The notes: a model not told the origin generated them from the letters alone. DNA of 25,764 nt from Candidatus Omnitrophota bacterium (GCA_050252475.1 JBFWKV010000001.1:1-25764), one strand, 5' to 3'. Counted from the stretch's first letter, positions 16,512 to 25,639 are shown. Program-made: numbers and translations.

Positions 16512-18026
16512 TTAATTTTCTTTATTAAGAACTTCTTCAAGAACTTCATTAAGGACCGCTGGAAGAAGACTCTCTAAGATAGTTACAGTAAGGCTCTGGG
16601 TTGAAGAATCTAATTGCTCCCATTCATTCACCACAATTTCATCATAGTCAGCACTTCCCCCATATTCTCGGGGAGACTGGCTCGCTCTTACATATGTCTC
16701 TCCCAGCAAAGGCCAATCCTGAGGGTTTCTACCCTGGGCTCTTAATCGATGTTCTATTCTTCCTACCATCTCTCTAATAATAACCTTCATTGCTGTCAGA
16801 AGTAATTGATTTCTTGCAATTTCTCCATATATATCATTCGCTATATCAACAACTCTTTGAAGGTTAAGCGGAGTGCTAAGTTTTGAGTTAACCTTTGTCA
16901 AATCACTTTCTTTCAATAATCCTGTTGATTGTAACCATGTATAAATATCGGAATCCGGATGTAAAATCTTATAACCAATAGCTGCTAATATGGCATTCTT
17001 AACATTTAAGAAAGCTTTATTTTCCTCAGGAGTCAAACCTTCGGGAAAACTAATTAAATTAGGTAGTTCCTGAGCAATAAATTTTTCTATTCCCCCTCTC
17101 AACAATTTCTGAACATCTAACCCTTCAACTTCTTCTTGGTATTCTAAACCGAGTTCCATAATCATCCGCCGTTTAAATTCTTTTATAGAGATAGGAGCAA
17201 TGAAAATAGAAGTTGCTTCGGGGAATAATCTCCTAACATGGTCAAACCATACCCGGTCTCCCTCTAAGATTACAATCTTGCCATTACCTTTTTTGGTAGC
17301 CTCTTCTATTTTTCTGGGATCAAGACCTTGATAATAATCACGCACCGGTTCAACAATTATACCTTCTTCATCGCGCAATCTGAACAATTCCTCCTGAGAC
17401 ACAAACCAGTAATGCACACCGTTAAATTCAGTATAAGCTATAATTCGACCATCTGTTAATATCTGAAATCTTTCTTCTATAGCTGGAATGTCTTGCCGGG
17501 GAGAACCCGCTAATATTACCTTCCAATCAGGAAAAAGCACTTCCTCCAACTCATCTTGTTTTGTCTTGTCCATTGTCAGAATAGCCTCTCTTTGCTCCGG
17601 CGATAATTTATCCAAAAGTTCCTTCATGGAAGAAGGAAGATTACCTTGCTGAGACAAATCAAGATATAGTTTTATCGCGGAATAACGAGGGTCAGAAGAG
17701 GTAAAATTCACTCCTCGCCGTTGCCGAGTAGCATATAATAGAAATCGTTGAAATCTATCAGGATATAATTCCAGCATCCTTTGTTTAATTGTTCCCTGTC
17801 CAACTGCAGAGGGACCGGAATGAACAACAAATTTATGCTGGCTTTCTATACCAGCAATAACCTCGGGAGATAACGCCTCTAAAAGATACTCCAGATAGGC
17901 TGTTCTTGTCCTTCTTAAAGAATCACCAGTGGAAGAACCGCTGATGGAAGAAATGGGTATGGCAATACTAAGAGAAAGAATCAAGAATAAATATAAAATT
18001 ATGTTCCTAAATACCTTCTTCATCAT
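16512..18026 (-). CDS. gmk: Guanylate kinase-like protein with leader, degenerate P-loop and two large insertions
   Basis: Motifs SGPSAVGQGT, ATR..R.G, NGVHYWFVS, ILEGD, IFIAPIS and YDEIVVNE appear in Gmk order. ATGA overlap with the upstream Nudix gene. Leader ends DSLRRTR. Confidence 0.75.
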   Translation of the reverse strand: MMKKVFRNIILYLFLILSLSIAIPISSISGSSTGDSLRRTRTAYLEYLLEALSPEVIAGIESQHKFVVHSGPSAVGQGTIKQRMLELYPDRFQRFLLYATRQRRGVNFTSSDPRYSAIKLYLDLSQQGNLPSSMKELLDKLSPEQREAILTMDKTKQDELEEVLFPDWKVILAGSPRQDIPAIEERFQILTDGRIIAYTEFNGVHYWFVSQEELFRLRDEEGIIVEPVRDYYQGLDPRKIEEATKKGNGKIVILEGDRVWFDHVRRLFPEATSIFIAPISIKEFKRRMIMELGLEYQEEVEGLDVQKLLRGGIEKFIAQELPNLISFPEGLTPEENKAFLNVKNAILAAIGYKILHPDSDIYTWLQSTGLLKESDLTKVNSKLSTPLNLQRVVDIANDIYGEIARNQLLLTAMKVIIREMVGRIEHRLRAQGRNPQDWPLLGETYVRASQSPREYGGSADYDEIVVNEWEQLDSSTQSLTVTILESLLPAVLNEVLEEVLNKEN

Positions 18027-18934
18027 TTACTCCTTTCTTGCACAAACAACCCTTTTAGATATTGCACTACATTATCGTGAGAAAAATACATTACAAGTGC
18101 ACTTGAGTAATCACGGAAACTTACTTTTAAATCATCTAACAGCTCAACAAGCGGTTTAAATGCTATCTCACTTACATCTTCAGGCTTAATTTCATTAAAT
18201 TTACTCAGGAGAACCTTCTTTTCTTCATCTGACACTACATACATAAAAAGTGTTAATCTCTCTGCATTATTAGAAGGGTTATCAGAATAATGAAAATAGA
18301 TATCTCCTACAAACCCATCTTCTTCCACATCATTTCTTCCCACTTTTATAAACTGATTTTCTTCCCCTATCAAGATTAAGTCAGTTCCATCTAATTCTAA
18401 ACCTATTTCTTCTTTGAGTTCCCGTATGATAGCTTCACGGGGTGTTTCTCCCGGAGCAATATGTCCCGACGCAGAGGCTTCCCATCTATTAGGTTCTGCT
18501 ACATGGGGTGCTCTTTTCTGTAGCAATAAATTCCCTTCCTTATCAAATATTAAAATACTTACTGCCAGATGCCAATCTCCCTCTCGATGAATAGCATCTC
18601 TCTGTTTTAATATTCCAGTAGGCCTGGCGGTATCCTTATCCACAACCTCAAAATATTCAGGTATTTCTCTTTCCAACATTAGTTCTCTCAAAATAGATAA
18701 AACTTCACCTGTTCCATAATCACTACCCAATCTTTGATTAATGTATTTTACAACTTCCTCGGTCTTAAATTCTACCGCTGGATTGTTATTTATAAATTCT
18801 TTTATTGCCTCTTTGACCTGCAGATTATAAAAAAATTTAGACCTTCTTAGGGACAATAATAAATTATTTGAAGACACAAGAGGTATTATTAAATTCATGG
18901 ATGCAAAAGCGAATAAAAATATTATTCTACACAT
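18023..18934 (-). CDS. Nudix hydrolase (IDI/YfcD-like subgroup) with leader
   Basis: Full Nudix box GHIAPGETPREAIIRELKEEIGL, preceded by IHREGDWHLAVSILIF and LLLQKRA. It lacks the catalytic Cys of type 1 IDI (EASASGH). Leader ends LSLRRSK. Confidence 0.85.
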   Translation of the reverse strand: MCRIIFLFAFASMNLIIPLVSSNNLLLSLRRSKFFYNLQVKEAIKEFINNNPAVEFKTEEVVKYINQRLGSDYGTGEVLSILRELMLEREIPEYFEVVDKDTARPTGILKQRDAIHREGDWHLAVSILIFDKEGNLLLQKRAPHVAEPNRWEASASGHIAPGETPREAIIRELKEEIGLELDGTDLILIGEENQFIKVGRNDVEEDGFVGDIYFHYSDNPSNNAERLTLFMYVVSDEEKKVLLSKFNEIKPEDVSEIAFKPLVELLDDLKVSFRDYSSALVMYFSHDNVVQYLKGLFVQERSK

Positions 18935-18964
18935 AATATTTTTAATTCATCTTTAATGTATTAC

Positions 18965-20608
18965 TCACCTTGGACTTATCACCGTCAAAAACATAAGTTC
19001 TAAATTATCTTCGCTTTCATTCTTAATTTCGTACCCGGTGATTCTACCAGAAATATCTCCACTAACTTCTGCACCAGCCGGCAATGTGTTTCCATCATTA
19101 TTTAATACAATTACATCTCCTCCATTAAAATTAAGGGTTACCGTCCCACCGCCTTCATAATGGATTATTACCTTCCCTTTGATTTTGGCAATATTATCTT
19201 CACTTAACCACTGAGTTGTTCCTTCTGGCATATTTTTAGGCCAGGGGAAAATACGAATAACCTGGGTATCATCATTCAAAGGAATAAAGGGCATCGTCTC
19301 CGTTGTCTTCCCAGGTTTAACCACCACTATCTGTGCCTGAAGTGGTAATGGATCCTTTTCCACAATTCTACCCTCGGCGTCAAATACCACAAACCCTCCT
19401 GCATCAAGCTCTACAGCCGTAGGTATCCATCCGTGATATTTCTCATAGACCTGAGTATAAATTTCTCCCCAATTACGCACATCTTTTACTGGTTCTTTTC
19501 TTTCCATAATTCCTTTCGGCCCTCCCGTTCCTTTACTAAGTTGTCCTTGGGGATTTTTCAGAGTAAAATCCGCGGTAGGATAATCATTGGGATTTTCAAG
19601 TTGATGGTTTATACCTTCTTTTGTTTGATCATCTATAGGAGCCAGACTTTTATAACCAAAGTTATATTTTTCTGTAGTAGCAGAGTGAATAAGTACATTA
19701 TCTGATAGAAATATAGTTTCTTCTTCAAAGCCTCCATGGTTATGAGCATTTTGGGGTTTATGAGGTCTATTCTCAGCTTCAGTTATGGCTAAACCATAGA
19801 AATTTGCTCTTCCGGTATGAAACGCTATATACTGCCGCATTGTCCCATCATCTCTATACTCAAACCCCATTTCTCCTCCCCGCAAAAATTTCAATGCCCC
19901 AAAGGGAATAACCGCAACCTGAACATTTTTATCTTTAACCATATAAAGCACATTCTCGTCACTAACCGTATAGGCTCTAAGGTATAATTCATAAAGATAC
20001 TTACTTATAAAGGGAATTCCAGAATTTCCTTTAGCTAAGTCTAATAAATCCTTAGATAATGGAAAAGCTTGTTGCATCCTTTCAAAGCGAAGGTGATTCG
20101 CTTGTGGGGTAACATAATCAGCAAAAGTGGGAGCATTGTTTTGTGCGTCTAACATCTGTTTCTGTAATTTTATTAAACCTATCGTTTGAGCATTGCCATC
20201 GCGGTATCCCCTTATTTCTTGAACCAAAGATTTTAAATTAGTATTGTTACTATTTACTAATAGAAAAATCAAAAAATCACTTAATTCCTGTGGTACTCCG
20301 CCGTTCTGTAACCCACTCTGTATTCCGTCAGAGGTTAATTTACCCCCAAGATACCCATCTAGAACACCTGCAAGCAAATCAAATTTTCTATCGCTTCTTT
20401 CACCCGGGTAAGATTCACGAGCTTGTTCAATACGCTGCCAGCTTTGAACAACTTGCGCAAGAAATTCTAACTCAAAAGCTCTTCTAACCCGGCGCAGAGA
20501 GGAAGTTGGGTTAACAACCGGTGTGACTACTAAAGATGGTAATAAGATAAAATAGCAGAGTATTCCGATAAATCCAAATTTAGATATCCATTTTTTTCTT
20601 GTTTTCAT
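18965..20608 (-). CDS. Cupin-domain protein with leader
   Basis: HxH...E cupin metal motif AHNHGGFEEE (19719-19748) and a cupin-like C-terminal barrel (GDVIVL...YEIKNESEDNLELMFLTVISP). RBS AAGGAG. Leader ends SSLRRVR. Substrate unknown. Confidence 0.6.
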   Translation of the reverse strand: MKTRKKWISKFGFIGILCYFILLPSLVVTPVVNPTSSLRRVRRAFELEFLAQVVQSWQRIEQARESYPGERSDRKFDLLAGVLDGYLGGKLTSDGIQSGLQNGGVPQELSDFLIFLLVNSNNTNLKSLVQEIRGYRDGNAQTIGLIKLQKQMLDAQNNAPTFADYVTPQANHLRFERMQQAFPLSKDLLDLAKGNSGIPFISKYLYELYLRAYTVSDENVLYMVKDKNVQVAVIPFGALKFLRGGEMGFEYRDDGTMRQYIAFHTGRANFYGLAITEAENRPHKPQNAHNHGGFEEETIFLSDNVLIHSATTEKYNFGYKSLAPIDDQTKEGINHQLENPNDYPTADFTLKNPQGQLSKGTGGPKGIMERKEPVKDVRNWGEIYTQVYEKYHGWIPTAVELDAGGFVVFDAEGRIVEKDPLPLQAQIVVVKPGKTTETMPFIPLNDDTQVIRIFPWPKNMPEGTTQWLSEDNIAKIKGKVIIHYEGGGTVTLNFNGGDVIVLNNDGNTLPAGAEVSGDISGRITGYEIKNESEDNLELMFLTVISPR

Positions 20609-20612
20609 AAAA

Positions 20613-23600
20613 TCAACTCCTTGCTAATTTAATAAATTCTTTCAATAATTCTGCATCCTCAACAGATAAGCGGTAATCTCGTATCAAATCAGCTACTATA
20701 CTGTCCAATCTTGTCACATTTCTTATGTCATCCATTAATTCATACATTTTTCTCGCCGCATTAACTAAGGCTGTTCTTTCCGGATATTCCGAAATCAAAG
20801 CCTGAGCATAGGCTCTGATTTTAAATGCCTGAATGGCTTGGGCGGTTTCTCTTTCTTTTGCCAATGTAGATTGTTCAATTTTTGCTCTCTCTTGATAAAT
20901 TGCTTTCAGGTATGTATATACGGCATCCTTTGCCAAAGACTCACTACCTCCAAATTTACTTGCCAGTTGTGTTCGCTCCTCCATACTAAGTTTTCCCCAA
21001 ATAGAATCTCTCAGAATAGTTTCCAATTCCGCACTGGGATTGCTTTCAAGTAGTTTATAGAACCTCTCAAATTTGAGTTCTAAACGAAGGGCTCTTGCTT
21101 TTCCAATTCCTAAAATCCTATCCAATTTTTCATCGGCCATGGTCTCTGCAGCCTTAGAAGCGTAAACTTCTTTAAACGCATCTCCAACCAATTTCATTAG
21201 CGGATTTTTCTCAATATTTTCAATAGCCTTGGCTAAACTCTGGGTTGTAGCCTCGGTTAAGAATGCTAAGGTTGGCTGAAACAAGAAAGCATATCCTAAA
21301 GTGGGAGCAAATCCCAATAAAGCCATGGGATTAACGATGGCTAAATCTGCTATGGCAAGAGCTCCAATAATTGGTGAGGGGAGTAATTTTTGATAACTTG
21401 CAGGTATATTCTTAATTTTCTCCATTTCAGATATAATCACCCCTGGCGTTCGAGGAACCATTCTCATCTGCATATCCGCTGTCTTTATCTCTTGATATGC
21501 CCTCCAGTTTATTACACTTTTCAGCCATATAAAGGGAATATAAAGTCCAGTTGACCACCAAAATTCATTCCATGCCCTCTGGGTATCCTCCCAGATAGTT
21601 CGCAGATTATCTGCAGGCTGAAATCCCTCCTCTCTCAAATCTCTTATAATAGGAGCAAGCCACTTACCCAAACCAATTATAGCACCGAAAACTATACCTG
21701 CGCTTATCAAGTTTGATACACCCACCCCCGTAAGCGTATAAAGACTACCAACACTACCTGCTATAAAATAAGAGGCAAGCAAGGTAGCGAAAGCAGGTGG
21801 CATGTATATACTCCTCGCTAAGTTGGTAAGAATTCTCTGTCCCTGGGCACTCAAACGCGGCAAGGGGGTGTATTCTCGACCGGTAAATGCACTATAAATT
21901 CTATAAGGAACACCCCAAAGTATTCTGGGAAGATATTCTTTCAGAAGGGTCTGAATATCTCCCATTGTCCACTCTGTCATTCGGGCAAGAAATTGATATA
22001 ATGTAGCCTTAGGTTCATCCCCCCAGAAAACATCAGTGAGTCCCAATACCGGCACATACAAAGTAGGTCTTTCGTCCTCAGAACGAGCGGTGGGATCGGC
22101 TATCTCTTTTTCTACCAGCATCCTATAATAATCCTCTACCCGTGCTCCCCATTTGCCATACATTATTCCTCCGAATATTCTCCAGTTAGTATATTCACTA
22201 AATCGGAGCATTTCTCTTGCTAAGGTATCTATGCGGGTAAACTGAGAAGTATAGGCATTGGTATTTTTAAGGGCAGGTTGCATAATTACGTATTGTCTAT
22301 TATCCGGATGGGCAAACTTGGCAATCATCTGTCTTATTGTCCCCGTCGGTAAGGTAGTATCTTCATCAATGACAAAAATGTATTTTATTCTTCCTGTTTC
22401 GTCCACTCCCACTATCTGACCACTTTCATCTACAACAATCCCCAACTCCTTAATATTACCCGCAATATAACTAAATAACGGCTCAAAAGGATCTCTTCTT
22501 AAGTCTAAACCAATATAATTACCACGTATAATTTTCCCGCTTTTGTCCCGGATTATCTCTCCATTTAAAGCATCTACCATTATCTGTCCCTCTCCACCGA
22601 TAAAATCAGGAGAACTGGAGATTAACTGAGACCCTTTATAGAGTCTTCCTTCATCAAGGAGATATACAAAAGGAACTTCTTTAAAAGGCTTAGTGTAGGG
22701 ATTGGGTATGCTTTCCAGAATACCAGGATCGGTCTTGGAAGTATAGAGAAACCTTATTATTCCCGCTTCTCTATCTACAATAAACTCATTCTCGCCGGCA
22801 ATTAGGTTTCCATAAGCACCATATAACTTGCCATCTCTTATCTCATAGAGATATTCAAACTTTATTCTATCTTCCGTAATTGGACGACCCCGAGAATCTC
22901 TAATTACATTACCACTACTATCTTTAAGTTCTCTTGTCTTACCATCAATATAGAAGTTGTCGCCAAGAATCCTTATATTTCCTCTCCTATCCCGCGCCCT
23001 CAAATCAGCCCGTGAACCTTCTAAATGAGTTTCCGGCTGATTTAAGGCTTTGTATATAAAGGATAATAAATCATCTATTCTTCCTTCCTTTCTATTATAT
23101 CCTTCTTTAAACTGCCAGTTTCCTTTATTTCTTATAAATAAAAACACATAATTTTCAAGACCGGGATATTTTTGCAAAAGCATGTTGTAGGCATCTATAG
23201 TTTTCTGTCTGAACTCCTCGGTGTCCACATCTATAACTATCGCTTGCTTTATATTGGGGTCTCTTATCTCACCGTTAGCAATCTTTCTCCTTATCGTTTC
23301 GGGATCTTTAAGTTCTTCTTCACTAAACTGCTGTCTTAACCACTGGTCAAGAAGAACACTTTCTGCTAATTGAGAATCTTTTACTACATACATCTGACGC
23401 ACAATCATTCCTTTATGGTCAGCAGGAACTCCTTCTTCTATTATTGATTCAACCTCGGCGGCCCGTTGATGGGGCAAAACCATATCCAGAATGCCTGATA
23501 AGCCAAGTTCTACAATGGGTTTTACATTAACATAGGTAAGGAAACCTAACCAGAGTCTAAATAACAAACTGGAAGGCTCTCCCCCACCTGCCAAGTAAAC

Positions 23601-25529
23601 CCCTGTGGCTAAACCAGCACTCAATATTGTGGAAGCAAGCCTGAATAATGCTGCCCTCCAGTTAAATCCACTGGGTTCAACTCTGGGGGGCAGAGCAGTA
23701 TCAATACTGCTTCTCCGCATATCTCTTACGATATTTAAAGCATTAAAATAAACCTCTTGTATTTCTTCTGCTTCCATCTGCCCCAGAGCAGACTTTGCCA
23801 TTTGTAATTCAATATCCGTTAAGCCAGGAATTAATTCACCCGGCGACCAACCAGTAATTAATGTCATAAAAACCAATGCCTGTCTTACTTTATCTAAATC
23901 ATATCTCTGCCCTGTAAAAAGCTCTTTCACGCGGTCTAAAGCCTGCTCTATAATTGGTTTGACATTCTCATTTCCCACCACTGTTTTCAATTCTTCTAAA
24001 CTTATGGGTGGCGAGGTCTCCACGGGATCAGCGTAGGAAACACTTCCTACAAGTTCCGCCATAGGAACAAGAAGGGCAATATGAGAAACATCTGCAGGAT
24101 TGAATTCTCCATTTAGAAGATAATTGGCAACCTCTCTCAATCTGGTTTCATCTACCTTAGAAAGTAATCCTTTTATATCGCCTTTAGCCTCAGGGTCCAG
24201 CCTTAAAACCATATCCAGCCATATCCATGGTAGAATTTCTTCGTCTGAAAGTGTAATATCTTTTCCACATAATCTACCTATGTCATCCAATACTGTACTG
24301 ACATTTCTAAATGATTCCTCTGCCATTACAACCAATTTCTCTTCTTCGGTTCCAAAAACCTGACTTAAAGAGACTAAATAGGTTGCTAAAGTATCTCTTA
24401 ATGCAGGAGAGCCTACACCTCTGGCATCTAACAACCCTTTGATATTCCTCTGAGACCACTCCACTTTAGCATTCAAGGCAAGATAAAGGACATAATCCTG
24501 ATTGCTGAAATCGGGATTCTCTATCCCTAAATTTACCGCTGCTGCGGTCTGTAATTCACTATTCTTAGAAAGCTCAATCAACGCCACGAGCCTATCCACC
24601 AATTCTGTTCCTTTCAAATCAGTATATAAACCTTCAATGAGCCCAAAAGCTATCCAGGGTATAACATGTGCGGAGCTACTATCTCCGGTAAGTTCTGCTA
24701 CCTTTCTCTCTATGGAAGAGATACCCGAAATCAAATCTGTAAATTTATCTAATACTATTTTCTGTGGACTCTGAAGCCAATTACCCGTCTGAACTAATAC
24801 TCCCAATAATCCTTGATATTTCTCAACTCCCCTTTCACCCAATTTATTCCTCAGAATTTCTTCCATTTTATTCTGAAGCAGGATGAGTCGGGAATATTCT
24901 GCAAGTTCGGCTACCTGAATTGGATTTGTAAAATCTAAACTCCCTACCCCTAAAATTTCTTGGACATCTTGTACCACATTGGGCTGGCTAGCTATATTCA
25001 TAATCTCCTGGAAGTAGTCTTTTATTTCTTGAGGTTGTAAAGTTTTTTCTCTTATGCCTATCTCTACCGCCACTCTTAACCAGGGCAAAATATAGGCAAA
25101 GTCTTCCTCCCCAAATATTCCAACCATTCTTAAACCCGGCATAATCAAATCAACATTCTCTAACACTACCCTCGCATACTCTTTTAACTCTTCCTCCGTA
25201 ATTCCATAAGTGATAGATAATTCGGCTAAGCTATTTGCGAGGGCTTTTACATGAGTGAGTCTAACTGTCTGGGGAAACTTTCCTAAAAATGAAACCAGCT
25301 CAGGGGCAAGCCTATCACCTATTTGTTCTACTTTGGCAATTAAGGAAGCGATTTCTGGATCGTTCTCGCCTGCTTCGGGCAAGCTTACTTCTACGGTTTT
25401 TATTCTTCTTAGCAACTCATAAACAGAAGGATTATAAGTTGAAAAAACACCGGGTACATTAAGCTGGCTCAAAAAGAAAATCTGTATGAGCACTATGTGG
25501 ATTGTTCTCTTTATCCACTTTTTCCCCAT
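20613..25529 (-). CDS. Large membrane glycosyltransferase, GT-A fold, related to cyclic beta-1,2-glucan synthase (Cgs/NdvB) and OpgH, with leader and N-terminal repeats
   Basis: YNRKEG, then KYIFVIDEDTTLP...AHPDNRQY..MQP, YGK, RSEDE and RMTEWTMGDIQ parallel the Cgs motifs WERKRG, YVITLDADT.LP...AHPLN, GKG, LSHD and R..RW.RGDWQ. TM segments flank the GT domain. RBS GAGGGGG. Leader ends ELLRRIK. Confidence 0.75.
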   Translation of the reverse strand: MGKKWIKRTIHIVLIQIFFLSQLNVPGVFSTYNPSVYELLRRIKTVEVSLPEAGENDPEIASLIAKVEQIGDRLAPELVSFLGKFPQTVRLTHVKALANSLAELSITYGITEEELKEYARVVLENVDLIMPGLRMVGIFGEEDFAYILPWLRVAVEIGIREKTLQPQEIKDYFQEIMNIASQPNVVQDVQEILGVGSLDFTNPIQVAELAEYSRLILLQNKMEEILRNKLGERGVEKYQGLLGVLVQTGNWLQSPQKIVLDKFTDLISGISSIERKVAELTGDSSSAHVIPWIAFGLIEGLYTDLKGTELVDRLVALIELSKNSELQTAAAVNLGIENPDFSNQDYVLYLALNAKVEWSQRNIKGLLDARGVGSPALRDTLATYLVSLSQVFGTEEEKLVVMAEESFRNVSTVLDDIGRLCGKDITLSDEEILPWIWLDMVLRLDPEAKGDIKGLLSKVDETRLREVANYLLNGEFNPADVSHIALLVPMAELVGSVSYADPVETSPPISLEELKTVVGNENVKPIIEQALDRVKELFTGQRYDLDKVRQALVFMTLITGWSPGELIPGLTDIELQMAKSALGQMEAEEIQEVYFNALNIVRDMRRSSIDTALPPRVEPSGFNWRAALFRLASTILSAGLATGVYLAGGGEPSSLLFRLWLGFLTYVNVKPIVELGLSGILDMVLPHQRAAEVESIIEEGVPADHKGMIVRQMYVVKDSQLAESVLLDQWLRQQFSEEELKDPETIRRKIANGEIRDPNIKQAIVIDVDTEEFRQKTIDAYNMLLQKYPGLENYVFLFIRNKGNWQFKEGYNRKEGRIDDLLSFIYKALNQPETHLEGSRADLRARDRRGNIRILGDNFYIDGKTRELKDSSGNVIRDSRGRPITEDRIKFEYLYEIRDGKLYGAYGNLIAGENEFIVDREAGIIRFLYTSKTDPGILESIPNPYTKPFKEVPFVYLLDEGRLYKGSQLISSSPDFIGGEGQIMVDALNGEIIRDKSGKIIRGNYIGLDLRRDPFEPLFSYIAGNIKELGIVVDESGQIVGVDETGRIKYIFVIDEDTTLPTGTIRQMIAKFAHPDNRQYVIMQPALKNTNAYTSQFTRIDTLAREMLRFSEYTNWRIFGGIMYGKWGARVEDYYRMLVEKEIADPTARSEDERPTLYVPVLGLTDVFWGDEPKATLYQFLARMTEWTMGDIQTLLKEYLPRILWGVPYRIYSAFTGREYTPLPRLSAQGQRILTNLARSIYMPPAFATLLASYFIAGSVGSLYTLTGVGVSNLISAGIVFGAIIGLGKWLAPIIRDLREEGFQPADNLRTIWEDTQRAWNEFWWSTGLYIPFIWLKSVINWRAYQEIKTADMQMRMVPRTPGVIISEMEKIKNIPASYQKLLPSPIIGALAIADLAIVNPMALLGFAPTLGYAFLFQPTLAFLTEATTQSLAKAIENIEKNPLMKLVGDAFKEVYASKAAETMADEKLDRILGIGKARALRLELKFERFYKLLESNPSAELETILRDSIWGKLSMEERTQLASKFGGSESLAKDAVYTYLKAIYQERAKIEQSTLAKERETAQAIQAFKIRAYAQALISEYPERTALVNAARKMYELMDDIRNVTRLDSIVADLIRDYRLSVEDAELLKEFIKLARS

Positions 25530-25639
25530 AAAATACCCCCTCGGTTTTATATGGTTTATAACAAATCCAATACTAAAACCCTATCTTTAAAGTCCAATTT
25601 TATAAAATCATTCAGGTTCATTTTTTGAATTTTATATTC

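Noticed and set aside
18023-18934. Calling the Nudix gene idi
   Set aside because: The catalytic Cys of type 1 IPP isomerase is absent, so only a family-level call is supported.
465-24774. Remaining short alternative-frame and plus-strand ORFs in the track (e.g. 465-764, 771-986, 3702-3908, 4924-5145, 9965-10192, 10642-10842, 13057-13338, 13406-13606, 17929-18159, 19433-19705, 20290-20487, 20838-21053, 24124-24363, 24502-24774)
   Set aside because: All lie within or across long, well-supported minus-strand genes and show no motifs; treated as shadow ORFs.
6071-25529. Reading the RR motifs as Tat signals
   Set aside because: Tat RR lies N-terminal to the h-region in S/T-R-R-x-F-L-K context; here RR always follows the h-region.
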